DNA of 64,000 nucleotides from Thermoproteota archaeon (GTDB taxonomy: Archaea > Thermoproteota > Thermoprotei > Gearchaeales > Gearchaeaceae): contig JAJPJK010000009.1 in the NCBI GenBank assembly GCA_021324265.1, positions 802-64,801 on the forward strand. Reading direction: 5' to 3'. How positions within the stretch are numbered: the first letter of the stretch is position 1; each line of letters starts with the position of its first letter. Of this stretch, positions 59,867 to 64,000 are shown piece by piece. Below the pieces are notes generated by a model. That model was not told the origin of the DNA. It was given only the letters and a program-made list of their open reading frames with translations, and ran no database searches. The position numbers and the translations under genes are program-made.

Positions 59867-60991
59867 ATGAAAGTCTTGTTAATAAATGATCAATTCGACA
59901 TTTATAGCTCAGGAGGTCATTGGAGAACATTAAATCTTGCAAAAGGTTTATATAACTTAGGTTTAAATGTATTTCTTGGTACTCCTTTTATTAAATTTAG
60001 TTTCGATGAACTTAGAAAAATTGATGCGAGTAAATTAAAACCTAAATTAATTAAGAATAATTACTTATATCATTTAATAAATGGGATATTTCCATTAAAA
60101 TATGGGTTCTCAAAAGAAAATTACAGCTTTATATATATACAACTACCTATGCCGATAACTAAAGGTCTATGCGATATTTTATTCAAATTCAGAAAAATAC
60201 CCACTATAATAGATTTTGGAGACTTATGGGGATTTAAAAATCAAAAAAGCTATTCTTCTATTATCCACGATAGTTTTCTAAAAATTATATTAAATAATTC
60301 TTCATTTATAACTGTTGCATCTAATGATTTAAAAAATTATATAAAAAATAGTACTCATAAAAATATATTCATATTAAATAATAGTGTTGATTGTATAAAT
60401 GAATTTAATCCAGATCTATATCCTAAAGAAAATGAGTTATATAAAAAGTATAGAGATAAGCTTATTATAACTTACTCAGGGACAGTTTCGAAATCAAAAA
60501 ATGTAGATTTAATTGTTGAGTTAGCAAGGAATTTATCTAGAGACATATTGAAAAATATAATTTTTCTTATAATAGGAGATGGACCATATCTAAATGAAAT
60601 GAAGAGCTCAGTTAAGAAACTAGGGCTTCAAGAATCTTTTCACTTTACTGGATTTTTATATAGAGAACAAATTCCATATTATTTAAGGATTTCGAATTTG
60701 GGAATCGTATCCTTGACAAAAATAAAAGGTGGGCTAATCAAACTAGCTGAATATATGGCTATGGGAGTTACTCCTATCGTTCCAGCAGAATCATGGCCTT
60801 CAGAACATATTAAGCATGGTTCAAATGGAATTGTAGTTGACAAATTTGAGGACATATTAAAATATATTGAAATATTTTACTTAAAACAAGAAATGCTAAC
60901 AAAAATATCGCAAGAAGCGAGGAATTACGCGCTTTTAAATTTCGATATAAGAGTAGTTTCAAAGGAATTACTACAATTAATTATTAAATAA
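59867..60991 (+). CDS. GT4 glycosyltransferase
   Basis: GGHWR, DFGDLW, NSVD, IIGDGP, KLAEYMAMG. Confidence 0.9.
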   Translation: MKVLLINDQFDIYSSGGHWRTLNLAKGLYNLGLNVFLGTPFIKFSFDELRKIDASKLKPKLIKNNYLYHLINGIFPLKYGFSKENYSFIYIQLPMPITKGLCDILFKFRKIPTIIDFGDLWGFKNQKSYSSIIHDSFLKIILNNSSFITVASNDLKNYIKNSTHKNIFILNNSVDCINEFNPDLYPKENELYKKYRDKLIITYSGTVSKSKNVDLIVELARNLSRDILKNIIFLIIGDGPYLNEMKSSVKKLGLQESFHFTGFLYREQIPYYLRISNLGIVSLTKIKGGLIKLAEYMAMGVTPIVPAESWPSEHIKHGSNGIVVDKFEDILKYIEIFYLKQEMLTKISQEARNYALLNFDIRVVSKELLQLIIK

Positions 60992-62014
60992 ATGGGTATA
61001 AAATCAATTTTATACATAACTAATTCTGTTTCAGCAAAAGACTTTACATTAGTAGGGCCTGTACAATATCTATATGTTTATGGTCTGAGGAGATTGCTTG
61101 GCGAGAATAATGTTAAGTTAACAAATAAAATAAATATCAAAGATATTGAAAATTATGATGCTATATTAATAGGAAGGGATTTATTAGATAATCTTACTAC
61201 AAGAAATATTACAAATAGTATTATAAATAAGTATAGTTGCAGGAAAGTTTTATCAATACTTGATACCGAAGAAGATTTATTAGTAGATAAAATCATATAC
61301 AATAATAATATTAAATGCTATATCAAAAGAGAAATCCCTAATTTTTTTATTAATAAAAAAATTTTAAAAAGATATCTAATGAGCTTTTTAAACCGAAAAT
61401 TTAATGTAGTTTTTTTAAGTGAGTATATAAAGTTTTACAATAAGGATCTGCTAATTCCATGTCCTTTAACATATCATCTGCTTAATAAGGAACTAATTGA
61501 GAAAACATTTTCAACAAAGAAATACCTAGTAAGTTACATTACCAATTTGCATCCTGCAACTGGGAATTTGTTTGGTAGGTTATACAGGTATGAAATACAT
61601 AAGGAAAGAATAAAATTGGCGGCTATTGCAAGAAGCGTGCCAAATTCTTTCGTGAGATTAGGCTACGGCTTGCCTGGAAGTGGACTCCCTTTTGAACAAT
61701 ATTGTAAAATTATTAGTGAGTCATACTCTTCATTGAACACTACAGCTTACGATAATTATCGAAGATACGAGATAACTTATTTAGGTTCTGTTCTCATTTC
61801 AGAAAGGCCCCTAGATATAACACCAAATGATTTTATTGAAGGAAAACATGCCTTTTTCTACGATAATATCAAAGAATTAAAGTCAATTTTAAAGGATTTA
61901 AAGGGTAGAGAAGATGAGCTAATAAAAATGGGCAGAGAAGCGAGAGAGCATGCAATTAAATATCATAGCCCTGAAGCAAGAGCTAAAACAATTCTTGAAG
62001 CGCTTAATAAATAA
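60992..62014 (+). CDS. Glyco_trans_1_2-like glycosyltransferase
   Basis: KRE motif, RRYEI, EG.HAFFY, MGREAREHAIKYHS..ARA C-terminus. Confidence 0.7.
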   Translation: MGIKSILYITNSVSAKDFTLVGPVQYLYVYGLRRLLGENNVKLTNKINIKDIENYDAILIGRDLLDNLTTRNITNSIINKYSCRKVLSILDTEEDLLVDKIIYNNNIKCYIKREIPNFFINKKILKRYLMSFLNRKFNVVFLSEYIKFYNKDLLIPCPLTYHLLNKELIEKTFSTKKYLVSYITNLHPATGNLFGRLYRYEIHKERIKLAAIARSVPNSFVRLGYGLPGSGLPFEQYCKIISESYSSLNTTAYDNYRRYEITYLGSVLISERPLDITPNDFIEGKHAFFYDNIKELKSILKDLKGREDELIKMGREAREHAIKYHSPEARAKTILEALNK

Positions 62015-63015
62015 TGCTAAAATTAGCTCTAATCGGTTTGGGATACTGGGGTAGGAATTATCTCAGAGTGCTTAAGCAAATTCCTGATGTAAATTTAGCA
62101 TATGTCTACGATACCGATCAGAATAAATTATTGAGAAGCAAAGATGTTATTGCAAGGAGTTTAGAGGAAATCATCGAAGATAAGGAGATAAACGCAGTGA
62201 TAATAGCTACCCCGGCTTCAACGCATTATGAAATAGGAAAGAAGCTCATCGAGAGCAATAAGCATGTTTTAATCGAAAAACCTTTAACGATGAAATATGA
62301 GGAAGCGTTGGAACTTGCTAAGCTGGCTAAAATTAAGAATAGAGTGCTCATGGTTGGTCATATTTATTGCTATAATAGCGCAATTAATTACATGAAAGAA
62401 ATCATTAAGGAAGAAAGGTTAGGAAAGCTTTACTATGGTTTTGGCTTGAGATGCGGATTCGGACCTATTAGGTATGATGCAAGCTGTACTTGGGATTTGG
62501 CTACGCATGATCTTGCAATGCTTGATTATTTGCTTGAAGACTTCCCAATAGAAATACAGGCGAGCGCGACATATTTTCTGAGAAAGGGAGTTTATGACTA
62601 TGCTAATATAAACCTTAGTTATGAGAATGGCTTTATTTTTAATCTAACCGTTAGCTGGTATGCAGCAGAAAAGATACGTAGCTGGTATCTTATAGGTTCT
62701 GAAAGAATGCTAAAGTTCGATGACACAAACAAAAACAATCCAATAGTTATCTATAATAAAAGAGTTAAAGAAGAGAAGCTAGGCGAATATAGCGAGATAA
62801 AGATGCTCGAAAGCGAAGCAGTAATTCCTTACATAAATTATGAAGAGCCTCTTTTGCTCCAAGTAATGCATTTCCTAGAATGTATAAAAGAAAACAAAAA
62901 GCCATTAAGCGACGCTCGACAAGGAGCAAGAATAGTTAAATTGCTAGAGCTCATCGATGAAGCAATTTTAAAAGGAGAGAGAATAAAGATTAGTAAAGAT
63001 AATGTTGAACAATAG
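62014..63015 (+). CDS. Gfo/Idh/MocA oxidoreductase (WbpB/WlbA-like sugar dehydrogenase)
   Basis: GLGYWG.N, IATPASTH, KHVLIEKP, MVGH, WDLATHD. Confidence 0.92.
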   Translation: MLKLALIGLGYWGRNYLRVLKQIPDVNLAYVYDTDQNKLLRSKDVIARSLEEIIEDKEINAVIIATPASTHYEIGKKLIESNKHVLIEKPLTMKYEEALELAKLAKIKNRVLMVGHIYCYNSAINYMKEIIKEERLGKLYYGFGLRCGFGPIRYDASCTWDLATHDLAMLDYLLEDFPIEIQASATYFLRKGVYDYANINLSYENGFIFNLTVSWYAAEKIRSWYLIGSERMLKFDDTNKNNPIVIYNKRVKEEKLGEYSEIKMLESEAVIPYINYEEPLLLQVMHFLECIKENKKPLSDARQGARIVKLLELIDEAILKGERIKISKDNVEQ

Positions 63016-63613
63016 ATTTGTAAGATTAGGAAAGAACTGTATTATCGACAAAAATGCACTCATAGGTTATATGCCCTCAAGGAATATTGGTGAACTCTAT
63101 TTGAATATTGGCGATAATGCTAGAATTCGCTCAGGCTCTGTGATTTATTTAGGATCGAGGATAGGAAATGATTTTGAAACAGGCCATAATGTTATAGTTA
63201 GGGAAGAGAACGAGATAGGTAATGAGGTAAAAATTTGGAGCAACAGTGTTATAGATTACGGTTGCAAAATAGGCAACAGTGTTAAGATTCATTGCAATTG
63301 TTACATTGCTCAACTAACAATCATAGAGGATGATGTATTCATTGCGCCTGGTGTAATGGTAGCAAATGAAAAATATCCAACAGGAAGATTCGATCCTAAA
63401 AGAATTAAAGGACCTAGAATAAAGAAAGGATCAAGAATTGGAATTGGTTCAATAATTATGCCCGGGATTACTATAGGAGAGAATTGCATCATAGGCGCCG
63501 GTGCTGTTGTGACCAAAGATGTTCCGCCTAATAGCATAGCTTATGGCGTACCTGCAAGAGTTGTTGAGAATATCGATAGCTTATTGAAAAGGAATGACAT
63601 CAGCTTAGAATGA
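63002..63613 (+). CDS. Hexapeptide-repeat N-acetyltransferase (WbpD/WlbB-like)
   Basis: Left-handed beta-helix repeats, TGHNVIVRE, GAGAVVTKDVP...GVPAR. Confidence 0.92.
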   Translation: MLNNRFVRLGKNCIIDKNALIGYMPSRNIGELYLNIGDNARIRSGSVIYLGSRIGNDFETGHNVIVREENEIGNEVKIWSNSVIDYGCKIGNSVKIHCNCYIAQLTIIEDDVFIAPGVMVANEKYPTGRFDPKRIKGPRIKKGSRIGIGSIIMPGITIGENCIIGAGAVVTKDVPPNSIAYGVPARVVENIDSLLKRNDISLE

Positions 63614-63713
63614 GTATACTCATAAATTTGTTAAATGGCCAAATCACCGAAATCACAAATTTACCTATATCTTTCTAAAGTATATTCAAAATCAAAATTA
63701 TTAAAGAGAAAAA

Positions 63714-64000
63714 ATGTCGAAATTGAAACCTAAAATACTACACGTCTATTTTTCTCATAGCGCTAGTGGATACCGACCAGGCTGGGCTAGATTTGACATA
63801 TTGACTGAAATGTTTAGGAGAAAAGGATACGAAGCATGGATTTTAGGTTACAAAATGAAATGGTCAAGTTTAAAACAGAAGTTATTTGGAGGGATTGAAA
63901 TAGATAAAAACAGTAAAGTTATCAATTTAATAATACCACACTGGTTATCTACAATAGATGTATTTCTAAATAACTTATTCTTAATTGGAGGATTTGGATG
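63714..64000 (+). CDS. Probable glycosyltransferase, 5' part (runs off window)
   Basis: MSKLKPKILHVYF...GWARF..L...F..KGYE; GT-B-like N-terminus, open to the window end. Confidence 0.55.
   Translation, partial: MSKLKPKILHVYFSHSASGYRPGWARFDILTEMFRRKGYEAWILGYKMKWSSLKQKLFGGIEIDKNSKVINLIIPHWLSTIDVFLNNLFLIGGFG

Noticed and set aside
565..63537. Numerous 60-180 aa ORFs antisense to or inside confident genes (e.g. 14135-14485, 24763-25170, 45459-46010, 45611-46102)
   Set aside because: Shadow ORFs with no motifs, fully overlapping well-supported genes
1..64000. CRISPR array, transposase/integrase, prophage, rRNA or inteins
   Set aside because: No regularly spaced repeats, no recombinase motifs, no duplicated tRNA 3' ends (att sites) seen, and SufB, CDC48 and Tes are of normal length

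Overview
AT-rich archaeal chromosomal segment, most likely from a TACK-superphylum organism. The inference rests on FEN1, CDC48, aEF-1beta, a ubiquitin-free L40e, a crenarchaeal-type arginine decarboxylase, an EndA-like subunit and a BHB-intron tRNA. Bases 1-34 kb are dense housekeeping DNA: hisS, aspS, pth2, ether-lipid genes (DGGGP synthase, two GGR-family reductases, tetraether synthase Tes), mtnA, a pstSCAB-phoU operon with a divergent AbrB-PhoU regulator, thiL, a sufCBD-Rieske-sufU operon and glmS. This part also carries four tRNAs: Lys-CUU, Val-CAC, Thr-CGU and Leu-UAG with a 16-nt intron. From 34.5 kb to the end is one long + strand cell-surface locus. It opens with a cluster of about 10 membrane/MoxR genes (split DUF1616, V4R-like, large glycosylated DUF4129-type protein, DUF4350, MoxR, DUF58). 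That cluster runs directly into a glycan-modification island (many GT2/GT4, a carbamoyltransferase, an AsnB-like amidotransferase, methyltransferases, WbpB/WbpD-like enzymes) that contains several pseudogene remnants and a 92-bp duplication. The most notable observations are a TrmB-like module divergent from tes with a palindrome between the two promoters, the MoxR membrane system coupled to the glycosylation locus, and a GlmS with a reciprocal Gly2/Arg26 swap. All family assignments are by motif recognition; no database searches were run.
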